DNA of 64,000 nucleotides, taken from a virus (lineage: Duplodnaviria > Caudoviricetes). Under the pieces are notes generated by a model. It was not told the origin of the DNA. It did no database searches and saw nothing but the letters and a program-made list of their open reading frames with translations. The stretch spans positions 32,001 through 96,000 of IMG/VR virus record IMGVR_UViG_3300033073_000410. One strand, written 5' to 3'. Positions 19,869-29,409 of this stretch are shown here, piece by piece. The first letter of the stretch is position 1. Every line of letters starts with the position of its first letter. The position numbers and the translations under genes were made by a program.

Positions 19869-20035
19869 TATGCTTTCTCAACTTCCACTAAAACATCTCC
19901 AGCAACTAACTGCTGAACAACTTCTTCAATCGTCTTGGGAAGGTCATCAAACCCGGTAGACTCTACATCTGCCGGGTTATCTCTTACAAGTTGGCTTAAT
20001 TTAACTACAAATACGGTTTCTACAATCTTGGCCAT
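19868..20035 (-). CDS. Small hypothetical protein (55 aa), absent from the ORF track
   Basis: MAKIVETVFVVKLSQLVRD...VLVEVEKA; GGAG RBS and late promoter upstream; TAATG overlap downstream. Confidence 0.75.
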   Translation of the reverse strand: MAKIVETVFVVKLSQLVRDNPADVESTGFDDLPKTIEEVVQQLVAGDVLVEVEKA

Positions 20036-20067
20036 GAAAATACTCCATTAATAGAGTATTTATCATG

Positions 20068-20796
20068 TTATGTAGGTTCTGGACGCTTTTCTAATTTATA
20101 GCGTTTACCCAGCATGTCGCCGTACAATAGTGCTAGATAGCTTAATGTTGATTCTTCATTGTAGTCAATGAAGTAGTGACTGGACATGTAATTGCCCCAC
20201 CAATAATTAATTACAGTTTTTTCTCTAACCCACTTGGACATTGCAGGGCTAGAACTAAGGGTTTTCTTATTTTTATCTAAGAATTTCTTAAGTTCTTCCT
20301 TGAACCCGTCAGGAGCACGTTTGCTCTTTAAGTAAACCCTATAGTTAAACTTGGGCTTGTTTACAAAGTGCTTTATACCAACTAAATTACTTGTGATAAC
20401 TTCGGTCATGTCAGTTACAACATTAACATCGTTAGTATATTGTGACTTAATATCCTGCAAATACTGTAGGTCGTTACTGAAAACAGCAATTGTGTCACCC
20501 TCGCTACGCAACCCAATGTTCTTGTCCTTCTTAGCCGCGGCCCTGAAAGTAATTAACCTTTCAATTGGTACTAAGTTTTCAGTGATTTCTTTCTTTGCAT
20601 CGTCACGTAACTTACTGTACAATTTACTCTTCCCGGCTAAACGTAACTTCAATGTTTCGATATCACTGTACCAGGCATAACGAACACCCGGTATAGATAA
20701 ACGCAACCTATATAGGTACTTACTGTAATATGAACTGTCTCGGTAATCGTGAAAATCGATACCAGGAACATCACTGACTGACTTCAATAATCCCAT
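20068..20796 (-). CDS. Hypothetical protein
   Basis: 242-aa ORF overlapping the end of clpA. Confidence 0.6.
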   Translation of the reverse strand: MGLLKSVSDVPGIDFHDYRDSSYYSKYLYRLRLSIPGVRYAWYSDIETLKLRLAGKSKLYSKLRDDAKKEITENLVPIERLITFRAAAKKDKNIGLRSEGDTIAVFSNDLQYLQDIKSQYTNDVNVVTDMTEVITSNLVGIKHFVNKPKFNYRVYLKSKRAPDGFKEELKKFLDKNKKTLSSSPAMSKWVREKTVINYWWGNYMSSHYFIDYNEESTLSYLALLYGDMLGKRYKLEKRPEPT

Positions 20797-23050
20797 CTTC
20801 TCCTACTTTCGCTACTAGTTTCTGTGATACCTCGAACTCGATGGTATCGTTGTTTAATACCGCGTTGATTGTACTATTTTTAATACGTTCAAACAAGATT
20901 TTCTTAGATAGAGGCACCCGAATCAATTCGTCAATCTTACGTGACAATGGACGAGCACCCATCTTACTATCATAGCCCTTTTCAGCTAGATATTCAACAA
21001 CTGGTTCACTCAAGTTCAACTGAATCTGATATGTGTCATTCAATTGTTTACGCAAGTCCTCTGTAAACTTAAGTACAATCTTCTTGATAGCCAATGTATC
21101 GAGTTTATCAAACTTACAGACCAAGTCGATACGGTTTCTGAATTCTGGCTTAAAGAACTCTTTCAACGCTTTGTCATCTTCACCTGTACGTTCTTGTGAA
21201 CCGAAACCAATCACTGACTTCTCACTATCACTAGAACCCAAGTTACTGGTCATGATAATGATACAGTTCTTAGCATTGACTTCTTTACCGTTCGTGCCGG
21301 TCACTCGACCTTCATCAAGTAATTGCAAGAACACGTTAAAGATATCTGGGTGAGCCTTTTCAACTTCGTCAAACAACAAGATAGCATGAGGGTTCTTGCT
21401 CAAGTCGTTGATTAAGCGTCCGCCACCTAAGTTGCCTTCGCCGAAGCCTACGTATCCGGGAGGTGCGCCGAGCAATGCTGACACGTTGAACTTTTCACTG
21501 TACTCTGACATGTCGTATTTCAACAAGGGCATGTCTAAGTTCTTACTTAACAAACGTGCAAGTTCAGTCTTACCCGTACCAGTTGGGCCTAAGAACAAGA
21601 AACTTGCCATTGGCTTAGTCTCTGGGCTGATGCCAGCAAAACTAACATATAAGCGATCCAATACAGCATCAACAGTCTTTTCTTGACCATACAACTTATG
21701 CTTCACGTTATCGGACAATGTCAACACACGTGCGTTACTGTCATTACTCAACTTGTCAGCAGGGACTTTAGCCATGCGTTCAACTTGTTCGTAAATCAAT
21801 TCTTTTGTAATCTTAGCACCACTGTTGTTCAATACTCTCTGTTTAGCACAAGCCGCATCAATCAAGTCAATTGACTTGTCTGGGTTCTTACGGTCATGCA
21901 TGTAACGGGTAGCACTATCTACTGCCGCAACAATAGCGTCATCTTCGATTTCAACATCATGGAAGTCATTCAAGCGTTTGCTCAAGCCACCAAGAATACG
22001 AATAGTTGATTCACGATTTGGTTCGTCAACTGATACACGATAGAAGCGGCGCATCAACGCACGATCCTTCTCGAAACTCTCATAGTACTCTTCCCAAGTT
22101 GTACTAGCGATAACTTTCAATGTACCCTTAGTGATAGCAGGCTTAATCATATTAGCGAAGTCAACACTGCCGTTACTACTGTTGCCACCAGCACCCTTCA
22201 TAGTGTGTGCTTCGTCAATGAAAAGAATAGCTTTCTTCTTGGCACTCAATGCTTCGAGTACTGACTTAATCTTTTCTTCAAAGTCACCGCGATACTTACT
22301 ACCAGCAAGCAAACTACCGATTTCAAGACTATAAAGAGTATGACCCTTCAAGAAGTCTGGGCAATCGCCGTCAACAATCTTTTGTGCTAGACCCTCTGCG
22401 ATAGCTGTCTTACCTACACCAGGATCACCCACCATTAACACGTTACTTTTGAATCGTTTAGCTAATACGTTAACAATCTCGTTGACCTCAGTTGAACGAC
22501 CAATCATTGGTTCTAGTTTACCAGTTTGTGCTAGTTCACTCAAATTGATAGTGTATTCTTCTAGGATTTCATTAGCTTGTGATTCTGTCAATGCAACGAT
22601 ACTATCATTGTGCTTATAGTTCTTTTGCCAGAAGGGAACAAACTGATTCTTTTCAACGCCATACTTCAATAAAAAGTAATGTGCATGGCTATTTGTTTCG
22701 TTTAAAATACTAAGATACAAGTCAATGCTTGTAACATTTTTACGACCGGTAAACAATACTTGTGTTACTGCTCGGTTCATTACACGCTCTAAACTATGTG
22801 TTTTGCGTGGCTGAACATCTTGTCCTTGACTGATATCTACCTTGATTGATTGTAGGTTATCGATATAACTGGTGATTTCCTTAATCATCATGTCAGTATC
22901 AGCACCAAATTGGTCAAGACATTTCTTAAACGGGGTGAATGTTACTAGTGCTAGTAACAAGTGCTCAATAGTGCAATATTCATGGTTGCGCTCTTTAGCG
23001 AATCCAACTGATGATTCAATGATGGATTCGATTTCTGGTGAATTAGTCAC
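20771..23050 (-). CDS. clpA: ClpA-type AAA+ unfoldase
   Basis: Clp N-domain (EHLLLAL), GDPGVGKT, GSKYRGDFEE, LFIDEAH, GPTGTGKT, LLFDEVEKAH, IGF loop. Confidence 0.93.
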   Translation of the reverse strand: MTNSPEIESIIESSVGFAKERNHEYCTIEHLLLALVTFTPFKKCLDQFGADTDMMIKEITSYIDNLQSIKVDISQGQDVQPRKTHSLERVMNRAVTQVLFTGRKNVTSIDLYLSILNETNSHAHYFLLKYGVEKNQFVPFWQKNYKHNDSIVALTESQANEILEEYTINLSELAQTGKLEPMIGRSTEVNEIVNVLAKRFKSNVLMVGDPGVGKTAIAEGLAQKIVDGDCPDFLKGHTLYSLEIGSLLAGSKYRGDFEEKIKSVLEALSAKKKAILFIDEAHTMKGAGGNSSNGSVDFANMIKPAITKGTLKVIASTTWEEYYESFEKDRALMRRFYRVSVDEPNRESTIRILGGLSKRLNDFHDVEIEDDAIVAAVDSATRYMHDRKNPDKSIDLIDAACAKQRVLNNSGAKITKELIYEQVERMAKVPADKLSNDSNARVLTLSDNVKHKLYGQEKTVDAVLDRLYVSFAGISPETKPMASFLFLGPTGTGKTELARLLSKNLDMPLLKYDMSEYSEKFNVSALLGAPPGYVGFGEGNLGGGRLINDLSKNPHAILLFDEVEKAHPDIFNVFLQLLDEGRVTGTNGKEVNAKNCIIIMTSNLGSSDSEKSVIGFGSQERTGEDDKALKEFFKPEFRNRIDLVCKFDKLDTLAIKKIVLKFTEDLRKQLNDTYQIQLNLSEPVVEYLAEKGYDSKMGARPLSRKIDELIRVPLSKKILFERIKNSTINAVLNNDTIEFEVSQKLVAKVGEDGIIEVSQ

Positions 23051-23061
23051 TAATTGTTCCT

Positions 23062-23868
23062 TTATTTAGATTGAGTTTGACGAATCATGTTTATTACAGA
23101 TGCGTCAATGTTAGCAGGGATAAATGGTTTTAGCAAGAGATATTGGTCACCGGCACCTTGATGATATGGGATTCCCTCGCCCTTAATCTTCATCATTGCA
23201 CCCGGTTGAGTCTTTTCGGGTATGTTGACTTCAAGTTCCTTACCCTTAATAGTAGTGAACTTAACTGTTGTACCCACAATTAGATCCAGAACTGAAATCT
23301 CAAATGTACTAATTAAGTCGGGACCATTACGTTCAAACTTTGGATTAGGTTGAACTCTGAACTCTGCTATAAGTACGCTGTCTGGGATTATGTGTTCGTA
23401 TTTGAGTTGTGTGCCGTTGTCAACACCGACTGGGATATCGATTTTGATTGCTTCAACTTTTCCAGATGGTAACTGTATTGAGAGTAACTGCTCTCCGCCA
23501 GTACAAACCTGTTCCAGGGTGACCCATACAATAGTCCTGAATACGTTCTGTCGCTGAAATCCTTGTCCGAAGAAGTTGTGGTTTCCACCTCCGAACATTT
23601 GGGCGAAAATGTCGTTAACGCTTCCCCCGTGATTGAATTGGAATCCGAAAGGGCTGCCGCCATGTTGACCGAATGGGTTTGGATTGTCATATTGCTGTTT
23701 CTTTTCTGGGTTAGATAAGTTATCGTAGGCTTCTTGAACCTTTTGGAACATGGCAGTGTCACCACCCTTATCTGGGTGATGTACTGCTGCCATTTTTCTG
23801 TATGCTTTTTTGATTTCGTCGGGGGAGGCATTTCTGTCTACCCCGAGAGTTTGATAATAGTCGCTCAT
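23062..23868 (-). CDS. dnaJ: DnaJ/CbpA-class co-chaperone (no Zn finger)
   Basis: DYYQTLGV, HPD motif, G/F-rich linker, DnaJ C-terminal domain. Confidence 0.9.
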   Translation of the reverse strand: MSDYYQTLGVDRNASPDEIKKAYRKMAAVHHPDKGGDTAMFQKVQEAYDNLSNPEKKQQYDNPNPFGQHGGSPFGFQFNHGGSVNDIFAQMFGGGNHNFFGQGFQRQNVFRTIVWVTLEQVCTGGEQLLSIQLPSGKVEAIKIDIPVGVDNGTQLKYEHIIPDSVLIAEFRVQPNPKFERNGPDLISTFEISVLDLIVGTTVKFTTIKGKELEVNIPEKTQPGAMMKIKGEGIPYHQGAGDQYLLLKPFIPANIDASVINMIRQTQSK

Positions 23869-23875
23869 AATATTG

Positions 23876-23904
23876 ATGATAGCACAGTTTGTGTGCTAAG
23901 TCAA
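23876..23904 (-). promoter_or_regulatory. Sigma70-type promoter inside an inverted repeat
   Basis: TTGACT-17 nt-TATCAT, 7 nt before the dnaJ ATG. Confidence 0.7.
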
Positions 23905-23907
23905 TAT

Positions 23908-24504
23908 TTATTTTGCCGCACCCTCAATTTTTTCTTTTGTTCTACCATATGCGGCGATACCTAGAACTGCACCCATTGCGATGTGGTAAAGACCAGCACC
24001 TTGTAATGTCAATGGTTGCCACTGTGACGTTACGTTACCGTGTGTCAATGCTTGTAACAATGACCAAAGAATTGGGAACACAACAAAGTCACATGTACAT
24101 GTTAACATATACACCCAACCCATAACTGGGCGCCATTTCTTGTTGATCCAATCTGTTGCGTCTTTGTCTAATGCTACTGTGGACTCTCCACCTTGGCTCA
24201 TTGCTCCTCCGCCGGATTGTAGGGCGGCTGCTTGGTTGTTGTTTGATTGCATGTTTGCTCCTCCCATTGACGGACTTGAGCCGAAACTGCTAGTTGTTGA
24301 CGATGTTGTAGTTGTAGTGCCAAAGCTACCGGAACCTCCGAAACCACTGGCTGCTGGGCTTGTTGCATTACCAAATCCTCCTCCGAATGAACTTCCCGTT
24401 GGGAAAGCAGATACGTTTGGATCTGCCGCTAGTGCCTCATGATGGTCGTCATCTGTGGCGATTGGAGTCTCTGCTCCCGCTTTTTTTGCTAGTAATGTTG
24501 CCAT
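23908..24504 (-). CDS. Putative holin (3TM / GTA-holin-like) with low-complexity N-terminus
   Basis: WRPVMGWVY, hydrophobic helices, LGIAAYGRTKEK C-terminus. Confidence 0.6.
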   Translation of the reverse strand: MATLLAKKAGAETPIATDDDHHEALAADPNVSAFPTGSSFGGGFGNATSPAASGFGGSGSFGTTTTTSSTTSSFGSSPSMGGANMQSNNNQAAALQSGGGAMSQGGESTVALDKDATDWINKKWRPVMGWVYMLTCTCDFVVFPILWSLLQALTHGNVTSQWQPLTLQGAGLYHIAMGAVLGIAAYGRTKEKIEGAAK

Positions 24505-24505
24505 A

Positions 24506-25045
24506 TTATAATCCCGCCTTTGAAATAAAGTCTTTGAGTAGACTATCTTGTTCTTTGAAAATCTTGTGTGGCTCTAGTCCTGCACGTTCACGCATTTCAT
24601 TCAAGTCTGACTCTTTTTCCATTCTATATTGATGTGGACTTAATGTAATCATACTTTTAATACGTCCGGCGTCTAAAGGATAATTAGTCCCATCAATTTT
24701 CATTTCCCAGTCTTCAACTTTAAGACCAGTTAATGTTTCTAAATCTTCTACAAGCTCAATGATTCTATCTGGAACCATTGTTCTACGGTCTAGTTCAACG
24801 AACACTACATAGCGTCCTGATACTAACTCACCGTCACTAGTCTTAGCGTCTAAGACCCAGTCATATCCTCGCTCAAACCAGTCAACTAAATCTTCACTAG
24901 CCTGATTACCCCTAACAACAAATGACACAGTAACAATTTCATCATCACTTCCCATCTTTGCTTCATATTCATCAATTGAAATTCTAGGGACGATTTGTCC
25001 CTTCAAATCCATATGATCCATACCCTCTAATAGAATTTTGTTCAT
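24506..25045 (-). CDS. Hypothetical protein
   Basis: 179 aa; starts MNKILLE. Confidence 0.6.
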   Translation of the reverse strand: MNKILLEGMDHMDLKGQIVPRISIDEYEAKMGSDDEIVTVSFVVRGNQASEDLVDWFERGYDWVLDAKTSDGELVSGRYVVFVELDRRTMVPDRIIELVEDLETLTGLKVEDWEMKIDGTNYPLDAGRIKSMITLSPHQYRMEKESDLNEMRERAGLEPHKIFKEQDSLLKDFISKAGL

Positions 25046-25668
25046 TACATCATTCCTCCGGGTGCTGGTGGCATTCCTCCGCCCATCCCCATGTCAGGAG
25101 CCATTCCCATACCTTGTGCTTGTTGAGGTTGATTTTCTTCTCCCTCTTCGGAACCTGCTTTATCTAAGTCATCTTCGTAAGCATTATCCAACTCACCCAA
25201 GTCAATAGTTTGGTCTGCTAAGTCAATAGAACCTTCGCGGATATCGTTCATTAGTTCTTTAGGCATATTGATGTAGACTAACCACACTTCACGCTCAACC
25301 ATTTTAGGATACTTAGTTCCGGGCTTGAAATCCTCTGCTGATTCGATTTTAACTGGAACTTCAATAGTAGTCTTTTTGAACTTGATTGTGCAACCAAGTC
25401 TTAGTAATCTTTTGCCACCACGTGGGTCGGGCATTAGTTTCTCAGGGTACATGAATACACAAGAAACACTATACTTCTCAACATCAGGACCACGGACTAA
25501 CTCGCCCAAATCCCAATGTTTATATGCATAGAGGTCAGCTTCATCTAGGACTCGTTCAAAGTCTAGTAAGCTGTTAATCATACCGTCACTAAAGTAGACA
25601 CCCTTAATAGTATTAATGATGCTCGAATAGTTGATATCGTTGAAAAAGTCGTCTGAAGGATTGCTCAT
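25045..25668 (-). CDS. Hypothetical late protein
   Basis: 207 aa; GATAAATA 7 nt before ATG; G/M-rich tail. Confidence 0.6.
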   Translation of the reverse strand: MSNPSDDFFNDINYSSIINTIKGVYFSDGMINSLLDFERVLDEADLYAYKHWDLGELVRGPDVEKYSVSCVFMYPEKLMPDPRGGKRLLRLGCTIKFKKTTIEVPVKIESAEDFKPGTKYPKMVEREVWLVYINMPKELMNDIREGSIDLADQTIDLGELDNAYEDDLDKAGSEEGEENQPQQAQGMGMAPDMGMGGGMPPAPGGMM

Positions 25669-25838
25669 AGTTTAGTATTTATCATTCTTTGAACGATAAC
25701 GAGCAGAAAGAAAAGTTCGGGGGTAGCCTAATATTTATGCTAATTCTGTGTGAAAAAAGTACGCTACTATAGGCTATTCATTTGACCTTAAATAAACTTG
25801 AGTGTTATGAGAACTCACGCTCGACAAAGGAGATAATT

Positions 25839-26618
25839 TTGAGCAAACGAAAGACAGGCGCTTTACGCAATCAGGAACAAGACACACGCTACGCACACAC
25901 AAAAAAACAAGAACAAACATTCTATACGAAAGAATCTAAAACAATCAATTTCGACCAAGCACGAATCAAACTGAATACTAAACCCATTCAATTAGTGCCC
26001 AAGTCCGTCAATCAAGAAAAGTACATTCTCGCACTACTTAATGAACACGTTGATATCGTTGTCGTAGGTGGACCTGCGGGAACAGGTAAAACTTATCTAG
26101 CTATGCAAGCCGCTATCAAGGCATTGAAAGCAGGTGAAGTAGACCGTATTATCTTGACTAGACCTGCAATTGGTGTTGAAGATGAAAAGCATGGGTTCTT
26201 GCCAGGAGATATCAATCAAAAGATGGAACCGTGGACTAGACCTCTGCTAGACGTTTTACGTGAGTATTACACAGCCCGTGAAATCGCCCACATGCTAGAA
26301 GAACAGATAGTGGAAATTGCACCCCTAGCATTCTGTCGAGGTCGGAACTTTAAGCACAGCTACGTTATACTTGATGAAGCTCAAAACGCAACCCCTGGTC
26401 AACTCAAGATGATTATGACTAGAATCGGTATCGGCAGTAAGATTGTAATTACTGGCGACATTGAACAAGCCGATAGAAAAACAGCCGACAATGGGCTACT
26501 AGACTTACAAAATCGATTGGGGAAGGGGGTGATTCCAGGGTTGCAACTATGTAACTTTGAACTAAAAGATGTTCAACGACATAGGATTATCGAGCACGTA
26601 CTTAAATTGTATGGATAA
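25839..26618 (+). CDS. phoH: PhoH family ATPase
   Basis: GPAGTGKT, GFLPGD, RGRNF, ILDEAQN, ITGDIEQAD. TTG start at 25839 after AAGGAG. Confidence 0.92.
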   Translation: MSKRKTGALRNQEQDTRYAHTKKQEQTFYTKESKTINFDQARIKLNTKPIQLVPKSVNQEKYILALLNEHVDIVVVGGPAGTGKTYLAMQAAIKALKAGEVDRIILTRPAIGVEDEKHGFLPGDINQKMEPWTRPLLDVLREYYTAREIAHMLEEQIVEIAPLAFCRGRNFKHSYVILDEAQNATPGQLKMIMTRIGIGSKIVITGDIEQADRKTADNGLLDLQNRLGKGVIPGLQLCNFELKDVQRHRIIEHVLKLYG

Positions 26619-26644
26619 TAAAAAGGGGCTTAACGCCCCTTTTT
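26619..26644. terminator. Bidirectional intrinsic terminator
   Basis: AAAAAGGGGC-TTAAC-GCCCCTTTTT between convergent genes. Confidence 0.85.
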
Positions 26645-26897
26645 ATTCCTCGTTCGCTTCGTTAGTTAATCGTTCTATGATAGCAGGGTAGACCTGAATA
26701 TAGTACGCAAGCATTTTGTCAAAGTCAGTTTGAATAACTTGGCTTTCGACCAAGCATTTTACCAACTTCTTTTCCTTAAAGTCCATGATAACATTCGCCA
26801 TTTGAATGTCATTATCTTTAACTTTCTTCGCAACTTGAACTTGTTCGTCAATCTTACCATCGGCTTTACGAACGTATGTAATAATTAGATATCTCAT
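26643..26897 (-). CDS. Hypothetical protein
   Basis: 84-aa ORF directly after the clamp loader. Confidence 0.6.
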   Translation of the reverse strand: MRYLIITYVRKADGKIDEQVQVAKKVKDNDIQMANVIMDFKEKKLVKCLVESQVIQTDFDKMLAYYIQVYPAIIERLTNEANEE

Positions 26898-26898
26898 A

Positions 26899-27825
26899 TT
26901 AACTTGTTAATTCTATAAGTGTAGCTGCCAAGTTGATTTCAGGGATACCAACTAGGCTTAAGTTTGCTAAACCATTGCGAATCACAATGATACTAGCATC
27001 CTTCTTTTCTTGTGTATTGCCCCACAAGTCTAAGTTGTTGTACATCCAACGATATACATCTTCAATACGACTTGGATACAATGCCAAATATTGTAGTAGT
27101 TGTTGACGACCTTCGTTAATCTTTCCCTTCTTAAACAGTTGGGTTGCTTCAACTAATAGTTCATCTTCACTAGAAGTTTGTGTTGATGGTGGCAACAATT
27201 TGCCTGTGCTACTATTGACTTGCAATTGATTCAAACACTTACGTAAGTCAGGATAACTTACACCAATGTAGCTATCAAGCACATCCAAATCAAATTCAAC
27301 ATTCTCTGTAACTAGAACAGTTGCGGCTCTTGCCGTGAACTCAGTTTTATCTGGTTTAGCGATATGAAACTTGTGACAGCGACTTTCACGCAATGCAGGT
27401 ATAACTCTATGCTCATAGTTACAAGTTAAGATATAACGTGTAGTAGCAGAATATGCTTCCATATCATTACGCAATGCAGCCTGTGCGTCACGTGATAGAT
27501 AGTCAGCTTCGTCAAGCAACACGACTTTGAACTTACCAAAGGGCATTGTTTCTACGAAACCATTAATCTTTGTACGAACGTTCTCTACGGAGTTTTCACG
27601 TGATGCGTTGATTTCCAACACATCGAATTCATCTACTCCCAACTCTTTGATTAAGACTTTTGCTAGTGTTGTTTTACCAGTACCAGGGTCACCCGATAAC
27701 AATAAGTGAGGGATAGTTCCCTCTTTGATCCAACCTTCTACTTGTTGCTTTTGTCGTTCATCAACAAACACATAATCACTAATGTTTGTTGGGCGATACT
27801 TTTCTACCCAGAGACTGTTTTTCAT
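26899..27825 (-). CDS. Sliding-clamp loader AAA+ subunit (T4 gp44/RFC-like)
   Basis: LWVEKYRP, GDPGTGKTT, EINAS, LLDEAD, SRC motif. Confidence 0.92.
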   Translation of the reverse strand: MKNSLWVEKYRPTNISDYVFVDERQKQQVEGWIKEGTIPHLLLSGDPGTGKTTLAKVLIKELGVDEFDVLEINASRENSVENVRTKINGFVETMPFGKFKVVLLDEADYLSRDAQAALRNDMEAYSATTRYILTCNYEHRVIPALRESRCHKFHIAKPDKTEFTARAATVLVTENVEFDLDVLDSYIGVSYPDLRKCLNQLQVNSSTGKLLPPSTQTSSEDELLVEATQLFKKGKINEGRQQLLQYLALYPSRIEDVYRWMYNNLDLWGNTQEKKDASIIVIRNGLANLSLVGIPEINLAATLIELTS

Positions 27826-28172
27826 CGTTTCAATGCTTCCAAAGTCATAATTTTAGCAAGTTCTGTGCCTAAATCCAAGTCACTTGGGATAAGATGTAGT
27901 GCTTGGTCGTTAGTATCCTTCTTCTCATTGTAGTAACTGTATTCTACAATGTGACCGCCCGTTGCTGGGTAGATTCTAAATACTAACGGAGATTGACTTA
28001 AGTTAACCTGACCGTCATCTGCAACTTTAATTCCCTGTCTCGATCCTGCTCGTACTCTAGGAATGTTCATAGCTAAACCAACTCTTGGACCCTCTGCTAC
28101 TTTTTGAGTATTATGTTCCTCTTGCTCAATACTCTTGAGTCCGTTATACAACCATTTAAAAAACCAATTCAT
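27822..28172 (-). CDS. Hypothetical protein
   Basis: Start placed at MNWFF directly after the upstream stop. Confidence 0.55.
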   Translation of the reverse strand: MNWFFKWLYNGLKSIEQEEHNTQKVAEGPRVGLAMNIPRVRAGSRQGIKVADDGQVNLSQSPLVFRIYPATGGHIVEYSYYNEKKDTNDQALHLIPSDLDLGTELAKIMTLEALKR

Positions 28173-28173
28173 A

Positions 28174-28578
28174 TTATACCTTATCACTCATAGTTAAATC
28201 GTCAACGGGTTCGTCACTAACTAATAGAATATCCGCTGGGTCAACTCTACGGATAGTTTTCTTACCCTCTTCATCTTCGATGTCCACACCCCTAGTCCAA
28301 CGACCATGACTGATGCAAATCCATTTGCCCACTTCAAGTTGCGGGTCTTTTTGATTTGGTCCTAGTGCATAGATTTTAGCCCAACGAGGGCGAATACCTG
28401 AACTTTTCATATCATCGTTTGGTAAAATGATACCACCATTTGTGATACGTACATCAAATGCCATATCACATACAATGATGTGTTCACTAATAGCCTTAAA
28501 CTGGTCTTTGTTAAATTTGTGTGGTTCGAATGATGCTTTCATGCTATGATTATAAAGTATTTTTGTTTCTGTTTTCAA
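28174..28578 (-). CDS. groES: GroES-like co-chaperonin (start uncertain: TTG 28578 or ATG 28542)
   Basis: TNGGIILP mobile loop, IYALGP, VGKWI, DILLV. Confidence 0.7.
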   Translation of the reverse strand: MKTETKILYNHSMKASFEPHKFNKDQFKAISEHIIVCDMAFDVRITNGGIILPNDDMKSSGIRPRWAKIYALGPNQKDPQLEVGKWICISHGRWTRGVDIEDEEGKKTIRRVDPADILLVSDEPVDDLTMSDKV

Positions 28579-28587
28579 TTAAATTGG

Positions 28588-28854
28588 TTACTTTTGTACG
28601 TCATCATCTTCGTCAAAGAATTTCTTTTCCTCTGGCGACAACTCATCGGGTTGTAATGCTGGTTGATTGCGTACCGCTTGATTATACGTCTTTCTAACAC
28701 GTTGGTTATTGTCTTGGATAATCTTGTTGTTGCTATCTAAGATATCCCCACGTGCGTTGACACTCATGTTACCGACTGCGCGGACTTTTTCATTGCGGGC
28801 AACTAAAGCAGACATGTCTACTGATTTACCCATTGCTGAACGTGATACACCCAT
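28588..28854 (-). CDS. Hypothetical protein
   Basis: 88 aa with AGGAG RBS; AVGNMSVNARGD. Confidence 0.6.
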   Translation of the reverse strand: MGVSRSAMGKSVDMSALVARNEKVRAVGNMSVNARGDILDSNNKIIQDNNQRVRKTYNQAVRNQPALQPDELSPEEKKFFDEDDDVQK

Positions 28855-28864
28855 AATTTTCTCC

Positions 28865-29371
28865 TTATTTAAGAAACTCGTCTATCGACAAGTCATAGTG
28901 TAAACTATTTATACGGTGTACCCCCATTAGATACAATACATAACTAGACACACTTGATCCTCTGCCCACTCCCCAAACTACGTTATGTTTTCTCATTGTA
29001 TCAACCAAATACTTTAGATAACGCAATAGCATGAACAAATCACGCTCTTGGAACTTGAGCAGTTCATCACCCACTCGTTGTAACTCTGATTCGGTTTCGC
29101 ACAAGTCTAATACGTATTTGGCAATATCAAAGTCAACATATTCTTCTGGGAGGAACCAAACACTCTGATTCTTCAAATCAAAGTTCTCTACTGAACCCGA
29201 TGGCTTTTGATAGACTGAGAAACTTGGTTTGTTGTCTAAGTCCAATACCTCTGGGATTTGTAATATAGATTCAACCAATGCACGTTTGACTGTTCTATCT
29301 GGGTTTTTAAGATAGAACTCGCACAGGTCGTTTTCGGTCAATACTTGTTGACCATAGTTATCATTACGCAT
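28865..29371 (-). CDS. dnaE: Stand-alone fragment of DNA polymerase III alpha (DnaE)
   Basis: RVGDEL...VVWGVGRGSSVSSYVLYLMGVHRINSL; ends before the catalytic PDxD. Confidence 0.75.
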   Translation of the reverse strand: MRNDNYGQQVLTENDLCEFYLKNPDRTVKRALVESILQIPEVLDLDNKPSFSVYQKPSGSVENFDLKNQSVWFLPEEYVDFDIAKYVLDLCETESELQRVGDELLKFQERDLFMLLRYLKYLVDTMRKHNVVWGVGRGSSVSSYVLYLMGVHRINSLHYDLSIDEFLK

Positions 29372-29377
29372 TGATAT

Positions 29378-29406
29378 AGTATAACAGGTTTATACTAGAA
29401 TTTCAA
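29378..29406 (-). promoter_or_regulatory. Sigma70-type promoter inside an inverted repeat
   Basis: TTGAAA-17 nt-TATACT, 6 nt before the ATG. Confidence 0.65.
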
Positions 29407-29409
29407 CTG

